A stretch of 64,000 nt of DNA from Acidimicrobiales bacterium. Its GTDB lineage: Bacteria > Actinomycetota > Acidimicrobiia > Acidimicrobiales > RAAP-2. Positions within the stretch are counted from its first letter, which is position 1, and each line of letters begins with the position of its first letter. The stretch spans positions 16,186 through 80,185 of the forward strand of contig JBOGFT010000009.1 in the NCBI GenBank assembly GCA_050701895.1, given 5' to 3'. The notes beneath the pieces are model-generated. The model made no database searches. It was not told where the DNA came from and saw nothing but the letters and a program-made list of their open reading frames with translations. Below are positions 9,135 to 19,767 of this stretch, piece by piece. Made by a program: the position numbers and the translations under genes.

Positions 9135-10483
9135 CTGACCCGACGGTGCGCACCGCCCAACGCGTGGAGTTGATCACGGCCGAAACCGACGAAGGACTCC
9201 AGCAGCTCCAACCGCGCGGCGTCACCCACACCGACGAACTCGGTCGAGAAGTCGGAGCGGTGCTTCGCACGAGCGACCTTACGATGGATCCCAACGACGT
9301 CGACTACGAGCGTCGCGATGACGAGACCATGATCATCAACATGGGCCCGGCCCATCCCTCGACGCACGGGGTGTTGCGACTCATGCTCGAACTGGACGGT
9401 GAGTTCGTGCTGCGCACGAAGTCGGTCATTGGCTACCTGCATACGGGCATGGAGAAGACCGGCGAGGTGCTGAGCTACATCCAGGGCGCGACCAACGTGA
9501 CGCGCATGGACTACCTAAGCCCGATCGGCAATGAGCTGTGCTACTCGATGGCCGTCGAGAAGCTCCTCGCCATTGAGATCCCTGAGCGGGCCACGTGGAT
9601 TCGCATGATGATGTCTGAGTTGAATCGCATCGCCTCGCATCTGGTGTGGATCGCCACCAATGGCATGGACCTCGGCGCCACCTCCATGATGATCTATGGC
9701 TTCAGGGAGCGTGAGCTTATCCTGGCGTTCTTCGAAAAGACCGCCGGCCTGCGCATGAACCTCAACTACGTGCGTCCTGGCGGGGTGGCGGCCGATCTGC
9801 CTGACGGCTGGGAGGATGATGTTCTCGTCATCTGCGACACGATCTACGAGCGCACCTTCGAGTACGACGAACTTTTGACGGGTCAGCCGATCTTTCGCGG
9901 TCGCATGATTGGCGTCGCACCGGTGGCGGCTGAAGAGGCGCTGGCTCTCGGTGTCACGGGGCCCGTGCTGCGATCGACGGGCGTGCCCTGGGACCTGCGC
10001 CGCACGATGCCCTACCTCGCCTACGATCAGGTGGAGTTCGACGTCATCGTGGGCACCTACGGCGACAACTTCGACCGATACGCGATTCGCCTCAACGAGA
10101 TTCGCGAGTCGGTGCGCATCATTCGCCAGTGCCTCGAGAAGATGCCCGACGGCGACTACCGTAGCCAAGACCCCAAAGTCACCCCACCGCCGCGCGCACG
10201 CATCGATGAGTCGATGGAGGCGCTCATTCACCACTTCAAGCTCTTCACCGAGGGCTTCATGGTGCCGCCGGGTGAGGTTTACAGCGCGATCGAATCGCCG
10301 CGTGGAGAGTTAGCCTGTTACATCGTGGCCGACGGCGGACCCAAGCCCTATCGCCTGCACGTCCGCGCTCCGAGCTTCGTCAACCTTCAAGCTGTGCCCC
10401 TCATGATGCGCGGGGGTTTGGTCTCTGACGCCATAACCGTCATCTCGTCGATCGACCCGATTATGGGCGAGGTGGATCGATGA
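9131..10483 (+). CDS. nuoD: NADH-quinone oxidoreductase subunit D
   Basis: NMGPAHPSTHGVLRL, YLHTGMEK and the C-terminal SIDPIMGEVDR match NuoD. ATGA overlap with nuoC. Confidence 0.96.
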   Translation: MTDPTVRTAQRVELITAETDEGLQQLQPRGVTHTDELGREVGAVLRTSDLTMDPNDVDYERRDDETMIINMGPAHPSTHGVLRLMLELDGEFVLRTKSVIGYLHTGMEKTGEVLSYIQGATNVTRMDYLSPIGNELCYSMAVEKLLAIEIPERATWIRMMMSELNRIASHLVWIATNGMDLGATSMMIYGFRERELILAFFEKTAGLRMNLNYVRPGGVAADLPDGWEDDVLVICDTIYERTFEYDELLTGQPIFRGRMIGVAPVAAEEALALGVTGPVLRSTGVPWDLRRTMPYLAYDQVEFDVIVGTYGDNFDRYAIRLNEIRESVRIIRQCLEKMPDGDYRSQDPKVTPPPRARIDESMEALIHHFKLFTEGFMVPPGEVYSAIESPRGELACYIVADGGPKPYRLHVRAPSFVNLQAVPLMMRGGLVSDAITVISSIDPIMGEVDR

Positions 10484-11094
10484 CCCATCTCAATAAAGAC
10501 CTGCGCCAACGTGCGGAAGAGCTGATCTCGCTTTATCCACGTCCGCGCTCAGCCATGTTGCCGTTACTGCACCTGGCCCAAGAGCAAGACGGGTACCTCA
10601 CCGAGGAGGGCATCGCCGAGGTCGCCGAGCTGACCAGTACGACACCGGCCGACGTGCGCGGCACGGCCGCGTTCTACGACATGTACCACCTTCAACCAGT
10701 GGGAAAATACGTGGTGGGCATCTGCACGAACATCGCCTGCCTGCTGGCCGGCGGCGAGGAACTATTGGAGCACGCCAGTCAGGCTCTCGGATGCGCGGTG
10801 GGCTCAACGTCGGACGACGGCCTCTTCACGCTGGAGGAGGCGGAATGCCTCGCGGACTGCAACATTGCGCCGTGCGTTCAGGTGAATAGCCGCTACGTGC
10901 GCACGACGACGCCCGAGACATTCGACGCATTGGTGGGCGAGCTCAAGACGGGGCAGCGCGACCACGACATCCCGGCCTTCGGCACGTTGATCCGGGTTCG
11001 GCGTTCTGGCGGGCTGCGCGCGAGCAAGAGCGAAGTGGCTACCGAGCGCGCTGAGGCGAGGGCGGCCCGCGAGAAGCGCGAGGAGAAAAAGTAG
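10480..11094 (+). CDS. nuoE: NADH-quinone oxidoreductase subunit E
   Basis: SAMLPLLHLAQEQDGYL and the 2Fe-2S cysteines (ICTNIAC ... ECLADCNIAPC) match NuoE. A Lys/Glu-rich tail is present. Confidence 0.93.
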   Translation: MTHLNKDLRQRAEELISLYPRPRSAMLPLLHLAQEQDGYLTEEGIAEVAELTSTTPADVRGTAAFYDMYHLQPVGKYVVGICTNIACLLAGGEELLEHASQALGCAVGSTSDDGLFTLEEAECLADCNIAPCVQVNSRYVRTTTPETFDALVGELKTGQRDHDIPAFGTLIRVRRSGGLRASKSEVATERAEARAAREKREEKK

Positions 11095-12398
11095 TGGCCG
11101 TTCTCGACGCCCCTCGCATTGTTACGGCCCGCGAAGGTTTTGGCGACTCCTACACCCTCGCCCGCTATCTCGAGACGGGCGGCTACCAAGGGCTCCGCAC
11201 GGCGCTCGACATGTTTCCTGAGGCGGTCGCGCAGCAAGTCGACGAGGCGTCTCTGCTGGGACGAGGCGGGGCGGGGTTTCCGGCAGGGCGCAAGTGGTCG
11301 ATGCTGCGAAGGGCTCCCGTGTCGTATCTCGTTGTCAACGGGGACGAGTCCGAGCCTGCGACGTTCAAGGACCACTATCTCATCGAGCGCGACCCGCACC
11401 AACTGATCGAGGGCGTCATCATCGCGGCCTACGCTCTCCAGGTCAACCAGGCATTTATCTACATTCGCGGCGAGTTCGCTCTTGGGCTTGAGCGCGTGCA
11501 GCAAGCTCTGAACGAGGCATACGAGTATGGCGCGCTCGGCTCGAAGATCTTTGAGTCGGACTTCTCGATAGACGTCGTTGCGCACCCCGGGGCGGGTGCG
11601 TACATCTGCGGCGAGGAGACGGCGCTCATCGAGGGTCTCGAGGGCAAGCGTGGTTTTCCCCGCATCAAACCGCCGTTCTTTCCCGCCGTCAGCGGCCTCT
11701 ATGGCGAGCCAACCGTTGTCAACAATGTCGAGACGATGGCGAATCTTCCGTGGATCGTGACCAACGGTGGCGCGGCTTTCGCGGCGCTCGGTGGAGGGCG
11801 TAGCGCCGGGACGCGACTCTTTGCGCTCGCCGGTCGAGTGAAGAAACCAGGGGTCTTCGAAATCGAGATGGTGAAGAACACGTTCCGCGACCTCATCTAC
11901 AACCCCGCTCTCGGTCGCGGCATCATCGATGACGGGCAGATCAAAGCGTTTATTCCCGGCGGCGTGTCGGCTCCGTGGTTTCTGCCCGAACTTTTGGACC
12001 TGCCGCTCGGCCAAGACGAGGTGGCGGAGAAAGGCTCGATGCTCGGCTCGGGATCGGTCGTCGTCTTTGACGAGACGAGCTGCATGGTCCGGGCTGCGTG
12101 GCGCATCGCGAAGTTCTTCTCTCGCGAGTCCTGTGGGCAGTGCACGCCGTGTCGCGAAGGGTCGGGATGGATTGAGCGAGCCTTGTACCGGCTGGAACAC
12201 ACGGGAGGTCGCATGGAGGACATCGACATGCTCCTTGATCTCTGTGACAACATCTCGCCGGGTCTCCTGTGGCCGCCCCAGCAGACGACGATCTGTGTGC
12301 TGGGCCCCTCTATTCCCTCCTCGGTGAACTCGGCGATCAAGATGTTCCGCGACGAGTTCGTCCAACACGTCCACGACGGAGGCTGCCCTTTTGACTGA
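11094..12398 (+). CDS. nuoF: NADH-quinone oxidoreductase subunit F
   Basis: The FMN/NADH site GRGGAGFPAGRKW, GAGAYICGEETALIEGLEG and the N3 cluster motif ESCGQCTPCREG match NuoF. Confidence 0.97.
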   Translation: MAVLDAPRIVTAREGFGDSYTLARYLETGGYQGLRTALDMFPEAVAQQVDEASLLGRGGAGFPAGRKWSMLRRAPVSYLVVNGDESEPATFKDHYLIERDPHQLIEGVIIAAYALQVNQAFIYIRGEFALGLERVQQALNEAYEYGALGSKIFESDFSIDVVAHPGAGAYICGEETALIEGLEGKRGFPRIKPPFFPAVSGLYGEPTVVNNVETMANLPWIVTNGGAAFAALGGGRSAGTRLFALAGRVKKPGVFEIEMVKNTFRDLIYNPALGRGIIDDGQIKAFIPGGVSAPWFLPELLDLPLGQDEVAEKGSMLGSGSVVVFDETSCMVRAAWRIAKFFSRESCGQCTPCREGSGWIERALYRLEHTGGRMEDIDMLLDLCDNISPGLLWPPQQTTICVLGPSIPSSVNSAIKMFRDEFVQHVHDGGCPFD

Positions 12399-14997
12399 CG
12401 TGAAGGCCCCCGTGACCATCTCCGTAAATGGCCGCAGCGTTGACGCGGTAGCTGGCGAGCTCCTGATCGAAGTAGCCGAGCGAGCGGGTCACTACGTGCC
12501 GCGCTTCTGCTACCACCCCCGCATGGAGCCGGTCGGATTCTGTCGCATGTGCCTCGTTGAAGTCGACGGCCCGCGCGGCGCCACGCTGCAGCCGGCCTGC
12601 TATATCAAGGTCAACGATGGCATGAGCGTCGTAACCGATTCGGACAAGGTGAAGAAGGCCCAGGACGGAGTCCTGGAGTTCCTGCTCGCGAATCACCCCC
12701 TGGACTGTCCCGTCTGCGACAAGGGAGGGGAGTGCCCCCTGCAAGACCAAACCCTGGCCCATGGCTCGGGTGAGACGAGGTTCATTGAAGAGAAGCGCCA
12801 CTTCGTCAAACCCATCGAGATTGGCGAATTGGTGCTCTTGGACCGTGAGCGCTGTATTCAGTGCGCTCGCTGCACGCGTTTCAGCTCTGACGTCTCGGGC
12901 GACACCGAGATCGCCTTCTCCGGACGCGGAGAACTCATTGAAGTCGCGACGTCCCCGACAGTGCCCTTCGACTCGACGTTCTCTGGCAACACGGTCCAGA
13001 TCTGTCCCGTCGGTGCGCTGACGGCGAAGCCCTATCGTTTCACTGCGCGTCCCTGGGATCTAGAGCAAGCCGAGAGCACCTGCGCCACGTGCGCCGTCGG
13101 CTGTCGAGTGGCGGTTCAATCGTCGGGCAACCGTCTGACGCGACTGCTCGGGGTGGACTCCGAACCAGTGAATCATGGCTGGCTCTGCGATAAGGGTCGC
13201 TTCACACTCGACGCCATCGACGGGCACCAGGGCGAGGTCGACCCCCTTCATGCCACGACACGCCTGCGCGAGCCACTCGTTCGCGAGAACGGAGCGCTGC
13301 GCTCCGCGACCTGGGGCGAGGCGCTGACCCGCGCCGCCGCACTTCTCCAAGACGCCTCATCGACGCCGAATGGCGTCGGCGCGATCGGCGGAGCCGCCCT
13401 CACCAACGAGGGGGCTTTCGCGTGGGAGCGCTTCGTGCGCGGCGTGCTGTCGAGCGATCACCTCGACGCGCAGTATGACGACGGGCTTGATGGTGCGCTG
13501 ATTCAGGCGCTCCCGATCGCGACCATCGACGAGGCCGCTCAGGCGCGAGTGGTGGTGACCTTGACAGGCGACATACGTGAGGAGTTGCCCGTCTTATTCC
13601 TTCGGCTGCGTGAGAATATCGTTCAGCGAAAGAACTCACTCATCGAGTTCACCTTTGGTCCGAGCGCGCTACGCCCACTTGCGACTGTCTCGATGCCGGT
13701 GCGCCCGGGCGAGGCTCATGTCGTCGCCAAGGCGCTCACGACGTCCGACGGGACAGTCGCGAAGGACTCGACGGTCACCGATGGCGAACTCGACAAGGCG
13801 CGCCGACTCATCGGAGAGAGCGGCGAGGGCGTCGTCTTCGTTGTGGGGCGGCCCAACATGGCCGAGTCGGCGAGTGTGATCGAGGCCGCTGTTCGAACCC
13901 TCGCCGAAGCCTTCCCTGGCGCGACCTTCCTGCCGGCGTTGCGACGCTCCAACGTCAGAGGCGCCCTTGACATGGGTCATGGGCCGCGTCTTCGGCCCGG
14001 GCGTGGGTATGACGGGGCGTGTGCGGGCCGCAGCACCGTGGAGCAACTCCAGGCCATGCGCTCGGGCGAGCAGAAGGCCGTGTTGCTTCTTGGTGGAGGC
14101 CTGCTGGGAAACGTGCTTGACGTCGGTGGCGCCGCCGCGGCCCTCGAAGCTGCCGGCGTCGTCGTGGTCGCCGGTCACGGCGGAAAGACCCTGGCCTACG
14201 CCGACGTCGTGCTGCCCGCCGTCGTGCAGCACGAGCGCCACGGCACGGTCACCAACATCGAAGGCCGAGTCACTAACGTGACGGCCAAGATCGTGGCACC
14301 CGGTTCGGCCTGGCCTGACGTCGCCATCGCTGCGGAGCTCGCCGAGGCCTGTGGCCAGAGCCTCGGGCTGGACTCCGTTGAACTCTGCGCAAAGGTCATC
14401 GAAGAGACGACCGGGTACCCGGCGCTCTCCGTCATGAACGACGTCAGTGACGAGGGCGCAGTCGTTGGGCGCGCCAAGGATCGAATCGAACGGCGACCCC
14501 TCGACCCCATGGCCTTCCCGGGCATTCGCTCGACTAATACGGTCGGCCTGGGTGAGCTCACGGGTTCCCTGGTCAGCGCCTCGGTGCGCGCCGGTGGTGC
14601 CCCTTCAAAGGCGACACTGGATTCGATCTTCGTGGGGCGCAGTGTCGAGGTCCCGCTCTTCGACGCGTACGGTCTCGCGCTCAGCATCTCGCGTCGCCTC
14701 TACGACCGCGGCATCGTGATGCAGGGATCGCCCGCCTTGGCCAACCTCGTGGCGAGAACGGCGGCATTCGTCAACCACTTCGACCTTGACCGATTGGGCC
14801 TCGTCACGGGCGACGAGGTGCAGGTGAACGCACCCAAGGGTCCCATCAGCCTGCCTGTCGAGATGAGTGACGACACACCCCGCGGCACCCTCGGCGTCGT
14901 CTTTGCCAGTGTCGACGACGCGGGCAGTGACGCGACGGCGACGTTGCTCTACGACGCCTCAAGCGTCATCACGCAGTTGAAGTTGGCGACGAAATGA
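12391..14997 (+). CDS. nuoG: NADH-quinone oxidoreductase subunit G
   Basis: The Fe-S motifs CRMCLVEV, HPLDCPVCDKGGECPLQD and CIQCARCTRF are followed by a molybdopterin-oxidoreductase-like domain. The TTG start at 12391 overlaps the end of nuoF. GTG at 12400 is an alternative start. Confidence 0.95.
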   Translation: MTDVKAPVTISVNGRSVDAVAGELLIEVAERAGHYVPRFCYHPRMEPVGFCRMCLVEVDGPRGATLQPACYIKVNDGMSVVTDSDKVKKAQDGVLEFLLANHPLDCPVCDKGGECPLQDQTLAHGSGETRFIEEKRHFVKPIEIGELVLLDRERCIQCARCTRFSSDVSGDTEIAFSGRGELIEVATSPTVPFDSTFSGNTVQICPVGALTAKPYRFTARPWDLEQAESTCATCAVGCRVAVQSSGNRLTRLLGVDSEPVNHGWLCDKGRFTLDAIDGHQGEVDPLHATTRLREPLVRENGALRSATWGEALTRAAALLQDASSTPNGVGAIGGAALTNEGAFAWERFVRGVLSSDHLDAQYDDGLDGALIQALPIATIDEAAQARVVVTLTGDIREELPVLFLRLRENIVQRKNSLIEFTFGPSALRPLATVSMPVRPGEAHVVAKALTTSDGTVAKDSTVTDGELDKARRLIGESGEGVVFVVGRPNMAESASVIEAAVRTLAEAFPGATFLPALRRSNVRGALDMGHGPRLRPGRGYDGACAGRSTVEQLQAMRSGEQKAVLLLGGGLLGNVLDVGGAAAALEAAGVVVVAGHGGKTLAYADVVLPAVVQHERHGTVTNIEGRVTNVTAKIVAPGSAWPDVAIAAELAEACGQSLGLDSVELCAKVIEETTGYPALSVMNDVSDEGAVVGRAKDRIERRPLDPMAFPGIRSTNTVGLGELTGSLVSASVRAGGAPSKATLDSIFVGRSVEVPLFDAYGLALSISRRLYDRGIVMQGSPALANLVARTAAFVNHFDLDRLGLVTGDEVQVNAPKGPISLPVEMSDDTPRGTLGVVFASVDDAGSDATATLLYDASSVITQLKLATK

Positions 14998-16238
14998 ACT
15001 GGATGGCCTCGGTCGACCCGCTCTTCGTTCACGGGCACGTTAGCGGCATCGACATTCTCATCTTGCTGATTCGTCTGCTCGTGGGCTTTGGCGCGTTGAT
15101 GGGCGCGGTCACCATGATGATCTGGTTCGAGCGCAAGGCCATCTCGGACATGCAGAGTCGCATTGGACCTCAGCGCTGGGGTCCTTTTGGTCTTTTGCAG
15201 ACCCTTGCTGACGGCATCAAGCTCTTCTTCAAGGAAGACCTCATCCCCGACCAGTCTGACCGGTTTGTCTTCAAGCTGGCGCCGTACTTGGCACTGGTGC
15301 CGGCGATTATCACCTTCGCCATCATTCCGGTGGGTGGAACGCTGCACATCGCGGGTCATACGGTTTTGCTCCAGATCGCCAACCCGCCGATCGGTATTTT
15401 GTTGATGCTGGCGATGTCGGGCATCTCGGTGTACGGCGTCATGCTGGCTGGCTGGGCGTCGGGCTCGAAGTACCCGCTCATCTCCTCGGTGCGTGCGAGC
15501 GCGCAGATGATCAGCTACGAAGCGGCGCTGGGCATATCGATCGTCACGGTCGTGCTCATCACGGGGTCGCTCTCCACGCACAACATCGTTATCGCCCAGG
15601 CCGGGGGAGTCTGGCATTGGAACGTCATTCGCCTCGGCGTCGTGCCCTTCATCATTTTTTGGATCGCCATCACGGCGGAGTTGAATCGACCGCCCTTCGA
15701 TGTCGTGGAGGCCGATAGCGAACTGGTCGGCGGCTTCAACACCGAGTACTCCTCGATCCGTTTCGCCCTCTTCTACATGGCCGAGTTCATGAACACGATC
15801 ACCATGTCGGCGATGATCGTGACACTGTTCTTCGGCGGCCCCGCGGGGTGGGTCCCGCCGATCTCGCACTTGCGGTGGATCTTCCCGATTCTGTGGTTCG
15901 TCGCCAAGACTACGATTTTCTGCTTCTGCTACATATGGTTCCGTGCCGCCCTGCCGCGCTTTCGCTACGACCAAGTGATGGACCTCGGTTGGAAGCGCCT
16001 CATTCCGCTCAGCCTCGGGTGGATGCTGGTCGTGGCGGGATTCATCATCAAGCCAGCGTGGGGACTGCTAATGGCCGCGGCCGTCCTGTTCGCTTCGGTG
16101 GTGTTGGGACGAGCCTTCACGCTCGGTCAGTCGCGTGAAACAGGGCCAGAGTCCGTCTTGCCCCCGATTGGCCAACGACCGCTGCCCGAGCAGGTCTTGC
16201 GGGCCTTCACTGATCGAGATGAGGAGCAAGACCGATGA
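14994..16238 (+). CDS. nuoH: NADH-quinone oxidoreductase subunit H
   Basis: Polytopic membrane protein with ERKAISDMQSRIGP, GWASGSKYPL and RPPFDVVEADSELVGGFNTEYS. ATGA overlap with nuoG. Confidence 0.96.
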   Translation: MNWMASVDPLFVHGHVSGIDILILLIRLLVGFGALMGAVTMMIWFERKAISDMQSRIGPQRWGPFGLLQTLADGIKLFFKEDLIPDQSDRFVFKLAPYLALVPAIITFAIIPVGGTLHIAGHTVLLQIANPPIGILLMLAMSGISVYGVMLAGWASGSKYPLISSVRASAQMISYEAALGISIVTVVLITGSLSTHNIVIAQAGGVWHWNVIRLGVVPFIIFWIAITAELNRPPFDVVEADSELVGGFNTEYSSIRFALFYMAEFMNTITMSAMIVTLFFGGPAGWVPPISHLRWIFPILWFVAKTTIFCFCYIWFRAALPRFRYDQVMDLGWKRLIPLSLGWMLVVAGFIIKPAWGLLMAAAVLFASVVLGRAFTLGQSRETGPESVLPPIGQRPLPEQVLRAFTDRDEEQDR

Positions 16239-17023
16239 GTAAACCTCTGAACTTCCTCGGGGGCTTCAAGCTCACCTTCCAGCACTTGGGCCGTGCTCCC
16301 GTCACGATCAGCTACCCCCAGGCGAAGCGGCCCAAGCAGCCGCGCCAGCACGGACGCCACGTGTTGAATCGCTACGAGGACGGCATGGAGAAGTGCATCG
16401 GGTGCGAGTTGTGCGCGGGCGTGTGCCCGGCGAACTGCATCTACGTGCGCGGCCTCGACAATCCACCAGACCACCCCGTCAGCCCCGGCGAGCGCTATGG
16501 CTACGTCTATGAGATCAACTATTTACGGTGCATCCACTGCGACCTCTGCGTTGAAGCGTGTCCCACCCAGGCCATCACCGAGTCCAAAATGTTTGAGTTC
16601 TCCTTCACCAACCGGGCGGACGCCATCTACACGAGGGCCGAGCTGGTCGTGGACGATGAGGGATATCCGAAACGACTGCCGTGGGAGGACTGGCGCGAAG
16701 GCGAGGCGGCGATGACCGGTGGTTGGATGCGCGCGACCTCACCCGCGGGCGACGCGAGTTTCGAAGGGGTGGTGCAGTGGACCGGGGATCTCGGTGCGGG
16801 GGTCAAGGCGCCCGAGGGCGGTCAGAGCGGCAAGCGCGACGACGAGGCCACGGGCTCCAAGCAACTGCGACGCGCCTTCTTTCGCCACCTCAACGCAATC
16901 GACGTCGACGATGATCAGCGCGGCATTCAGGGAATGATGACGATGGGCCACGAGAAGATGACCCTGGTCCGCGACAAGGTCGCCGAGCGCAGGAAAAGCA
17001 AGAAGGACCGAAGCCCAAAGTGA
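16235..17023 (+). CDS. nuoI: NADH-quinone oxidoreductase subunit I (with long charged C-terminal tail)
   Basis: Two 4Fe-4S ferredoxin motifs, [12 protein letters not shown] and [12 protein letters not shown], match NuoI. About 90 extra C-terminal residues are rich in Asp, Lys, Arg and Gly. Confidence 0.94.
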   Translation: MSKPLNFLGGFKLTFQHLGRAPVTISYPQAKRPKQPRQHGRHVLNRYEDGMEKCIGCELCAGVCPANCIYVRGLDNPPDHPVSPGERYGYVYEINYLRCIHCDLCVEACPTQAITESKMFEFSFTNRADAIYTRAELVVDDEGYPKRLPWEDWREGEAAMTGGWMRATSPAGDASFEGVVQWTGDLGAGVKAPEGGQSGKRDDEATGSKQLRRAFFRHLNAIDVDDDQRGIQGMMTMGHEKMTLVRDKVAERRKSKKDRSPK

Positions 17024-17592
17024 TCTCGACGAGCTACGCCATTCCAAGCGTCCTGGTCTTTGCCACCGCGACGATATTGATCCTCGTCGGGGCGCTCGGT
17101 GTCATCTCGCTCAAGAATCCCGTTCAAGCGGCGCTGTCGCTCATCATGACCCTCTTCGGCGTGGCGATCGCCTTCATCGCCCAGTCGGCCGACTTTCTCG
17201 CGGCGGTGCAGATCATCGTCTACGCCGGGGCGATCGTCGTGCTGTTCTTGTTCGTCATCATGTTCCTGGGTGTGGGGTACGGCCCACGGAGCGAGGTCGA
17301 ACCGCTGGTCGGCCAGCGCGGCTTCGCCGTCGCAGGCGTGGTGATCACAATCGGCGGGCTGATCGCGCTGATGGCCTCGTCGCACTGGGTCACCGGGGCA
17401 ACGTCAGTGACCGGAACGCTCTCCAAGGGACAGGGAAACGTCAAGCAGCTCGGTACCGCCGTGTTCACCACGTACCTCTATGCGTTCGAGGCGACTTCTC
17501 TGCTCCTCGTGATCGCCGTCGTAGGGGCAGTGTTGCTCGCGCGGCGAGAACGTGCCACGACTCGCGAGACCAAGGACGAGGTGAGCTCATGA
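17020..17592 (+). CDS. nuoJ: NADH-quinone oxidoreductase subunit J
   Basis: Small polytopic membrane protein in the canonical position with GTGA overlap. The [19 protein letters not shown] motif matches NuoJ. Confidence 0.9.
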   Translation: MISTSYAIPSVLVFATATILILVGALGVISLKNPVQAALSLIMTLFGVAIAFIAQSADFLAAVQIIVYAGAIVVLFLFVIMFLGVGYGPRSEVEPLVGQRGFAVAGVVITIGGLIALMASSHWVTGATSVTGTLSKGQGNVKQLGTAVFTTYLYAFEATSLLLVIAVVGAVLLARRERATTRETKDEVSS

Positions 17593-17894
17593 ACGTTCCC
17601 GCCGCCTGGTATTTGGTGGTCGCCGCGCTGCTCTTTGGTATCGGGGCCTTCGGTCTCCTCACGCGTCGCAGCGCCCTCATCATGTTCATGTGCTTGGAGC
17701 TCATGCTGAACGCCGTCAATCTCACCTTCGTGACCTTCTCTCGCACCATGAGCGACATCGCCGGACAGGCCAGCGTCTTCTTCGTGATGGTGGTCGCCGC
17801 GGCCGAAGTCACGGTCGGACTGGGCATCGTGGTGGCGGTCTTTCGGCGCCGGTCGTCCACCTCGGTGGACGAGCTCACGGAGTTGAAGGGCTGA
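17589..17894 (+). CDS. nuoK: NADH-quinone oxidoreductase subunit K
   Basis: 101 aa with three TM helices. [11 protein letters not shown] and [13 protein letters not shown] match NuoK. Confidence 0.95.
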   Translation: MNVPAAWYLVVAALLFGIGAFGLLTRRSALIMFMCLELMLNAVNLTFVTFSRTMSDIAGQASVFFVMVVAAAEVTVGLGIVVAVFRRRSSTSVDELTELKG

Positions 17895-17895
17895 G

Positions 17896-19767
17896 ATGGC
17901 ACCCGCCGCAACGCTGCTTCTGATCCTGCCGCTCGTCGGGTACCTGGTCGTGCTCCTCTTAGGCCCGGCGCTGAAGGAGAAGGCGATTGGCGCCATTGCG
18001 ACCGGCGTCGTTGCGGTGTCATTCGTTCTCGCCGTGGTCACCTTCTTCCTGCTCCTTCACCGATCGAGCCGCGAAGTCACGATCCACCTCTTCAACTGGA
18101 TCAACGTTGGCACTCTGCACGTGCCCGCAGCGCTGTTGGTCGACCCTCTCTCGATCACTATGTGTTTGTTCGTGACGGGCGTTTCCGCGCTGATTCATCT
18201 CTACTCCATTGGCTACATGCACGGGGAAAAGGACTTTCGCAAGTTCTTCTTGTACCTCAACCTCTTTGTCTTCTCCATGCTGTTGCTGGTGCTCGCGAAC
18301 AACTTGCTCTTGACCTTCGTCGGCTGGGAAGGTGTCGGGGTCTGCTCTTACTGGCTCATCGGTTACTACTTCACCAAGGAGAGCGCCGCCTCGGCGGGGA
18401 AGAAGGCTTTCCTTTATAACCGCGCTGGTGACTTCGGCCTGCTTATCGCGATGTTCCTTCTCTTCCATCGCACGCATACGCTGAACTACCTCGGCATCTT
18501 CCACCTCGCCGGCACGCTGTCGCCGACCGTGGCAACTCTGACGGTGCTGGCGCTGCTGCTCGCCGCGACCGGAAAGAGCGCCCAGATTCCTCTCTTCAAC
18601 TGGCTGCCCGACGCCATGGAAGGTCCGACACCGGTCTCGGCGTTGATTCACGCCGCGACCATGGTGACCGCCGGTGTGTACCTGCTCGTGCGCATGTCGC
18701 CGGTACTGGTGATGTCGCCCGACGGACGTGCCGCGATCGCGATCATCGGGGGAGTGACCGCCTTCGTCGCCGCGACGATCGCCACCTCCCAGCAGGACAT
18801 CAAAAAGGTGCTGGCCTTTTCGACCGTCTCGCAGATCGGCTACATGGTGCTTGCGGTGGGCGTGGGCGCCTACTCCGCCGCCGTCTTCTTGATGTTGGCC
18901 CACGCCTTCTACAAGGCGCTCCTCTTCTTGGGCGCCGGCTCGGTGATCCACTCCCTCGATGGGGAGCAGAACCTGCGGAAGATGGGCGGGCTCGGGAAGT
19001 ATCTACCGCTCACGTTCCCGACTTTTCTGATCGCCTGGCTGGCCATCTCGGGCATTCCCCCTTTCTCGGGCTTCTTCGCGAAGGGCGACATTCTCACGAA
19101 GGTCTTTGAGCACAACAAATTCCTTTGGGGACTTGGGGTGGTCACCGCTATCCTCACCGCGTACTACATGACGCGTCTTTTCGTCATGACCTTCCGCGGG
19201 ACCGAGCGTTTCCGTGAGGAGACCGACCGTCATGACCCGCACGAGTCGCCCTGGGTCATGACGCTGCCGCTCATCGTTTTGGCCGTCCTCGCAGCCCTCG
19301 GCGGCGTCATCGACCTGCCGTGGGCGCACGAGGCGGCACTCAGTGGCTTCTTGACTCCCGTGCTGGGCTACGTACCCACGGTGGCGGCCGCTTCAACGGC
19401 CGAGCAGTGGATCCTGGCGGGCGTCGACGTGGTGGCGGCTCTGATCGGTCTGGCCGCCGCCGCCACGATCTGGCGCGACCTCAAAGAAGGTGAGCGCTTC
19501 GAGTCGAAATTCTTGGAGCACGTGTGGTATTGGGACGATGCCTACGACGCGACGATTGGTCGCCCGCTGAGCGAGGTGGCCATCTTCAGCGACACTGTCG
19601 TTGAGACCAAGGTCATCGACGGCGCCGTGACCGGTGTCGCCGTCGTCGTTCGCAACGGCGCCGAGGGCCTGCGCAAGATCCAGTCAGGTTTCGTGCGTCA
19701 GTACGCCCTGGCGATGGTGCTCGGCTTTGCGGTCATCATCGTCTACCTCGTTGCGAGGATTCATTAG
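17896..19767 (+). CDS. nuoL: NADH-quinone oxidoreductase subunit L
   Basis: Antiporter-like subunit with WEGVGVCSYWLIGYY, GKSAQIPLFNWLPDAMEGPTPVSALIHAATMVTAG and a C-terminal lateral-helix extension. Confidence 0.96.
   Translation: MAPAATLLLILPLVGYLVVLLLGPALKEKAIGAIATGVVAVSFVLAVVTFFLLLHRSSREVTIHLFNWINVGTLHVPAALLVDPLSITMCLFVTGVSALIHLYSIGYMHGEKDFRKFFLYLNLFVFSMLLLVLANNLLLTFVGWEGVGVCSYWLIGYYFTKESAASAGKKAFLYNRAGDFGLLIAMFLLFHRTHTLNYLGIFHLAGTLSPTVATLTVLALLLAATGKSAQIPLFNWLPDAMEGPTPVSALIHAATMVTAGVYLLVRMSPVLVMSPDGRAAIAIIGGVTAFVAATIATSQQDIKKVLAFSTVSQIGYMVLAVGVGAYSAAVFLMLAHAFYKALLFLGAGSVIHSLDGEQNLRKMGGLGKYLPLTFPTFLIAWLAISGIPPFSGFFAKGDILTKVFEHNKFLWGLGVVTAILTAYYMTRLFVMTFRGTERFREETDRHDPHESPWVMTLPLIVLAVLAALGGVIDLPWAHEAALSGFLTPVLGYVPTVAAASTAEQWILAGVDVVAALIGLAAAATIWRDLKEGERFESKFLEHVWYWDDAYDATIGRPLSEVAIFSDTVVETKVIDGAVTGVAVVVRNGAEGLRKIQSGFVRQYALAMVLGFAVIIVYLVARIH

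Noticed and set aside
10893-12419. 508-aa ORF on the minus strand opposite nuoF
   Set aside because: It lies entirely antisense to an unmistakable NuoF gene. The translation is Arg/Ala/Gly/Pro-rich with no motifs. This is a typical high-GC shadow ORF.
14949-15974. 341-aa minus-strand ORF opposite nuoH. Similar cases are 18019-18951 and 20134-21192 opposite nuoL and nuoM, 36766-37914 opposite qcrB, 39597-40604 opposite hutH, and 44786-46066 opposite hutU.
   Set aside because: All are antisense to strongly recognisable conserved genes. They have low-complexity Arg/Asp/His/Gly-rich translations and no ribosome-binding-site context.
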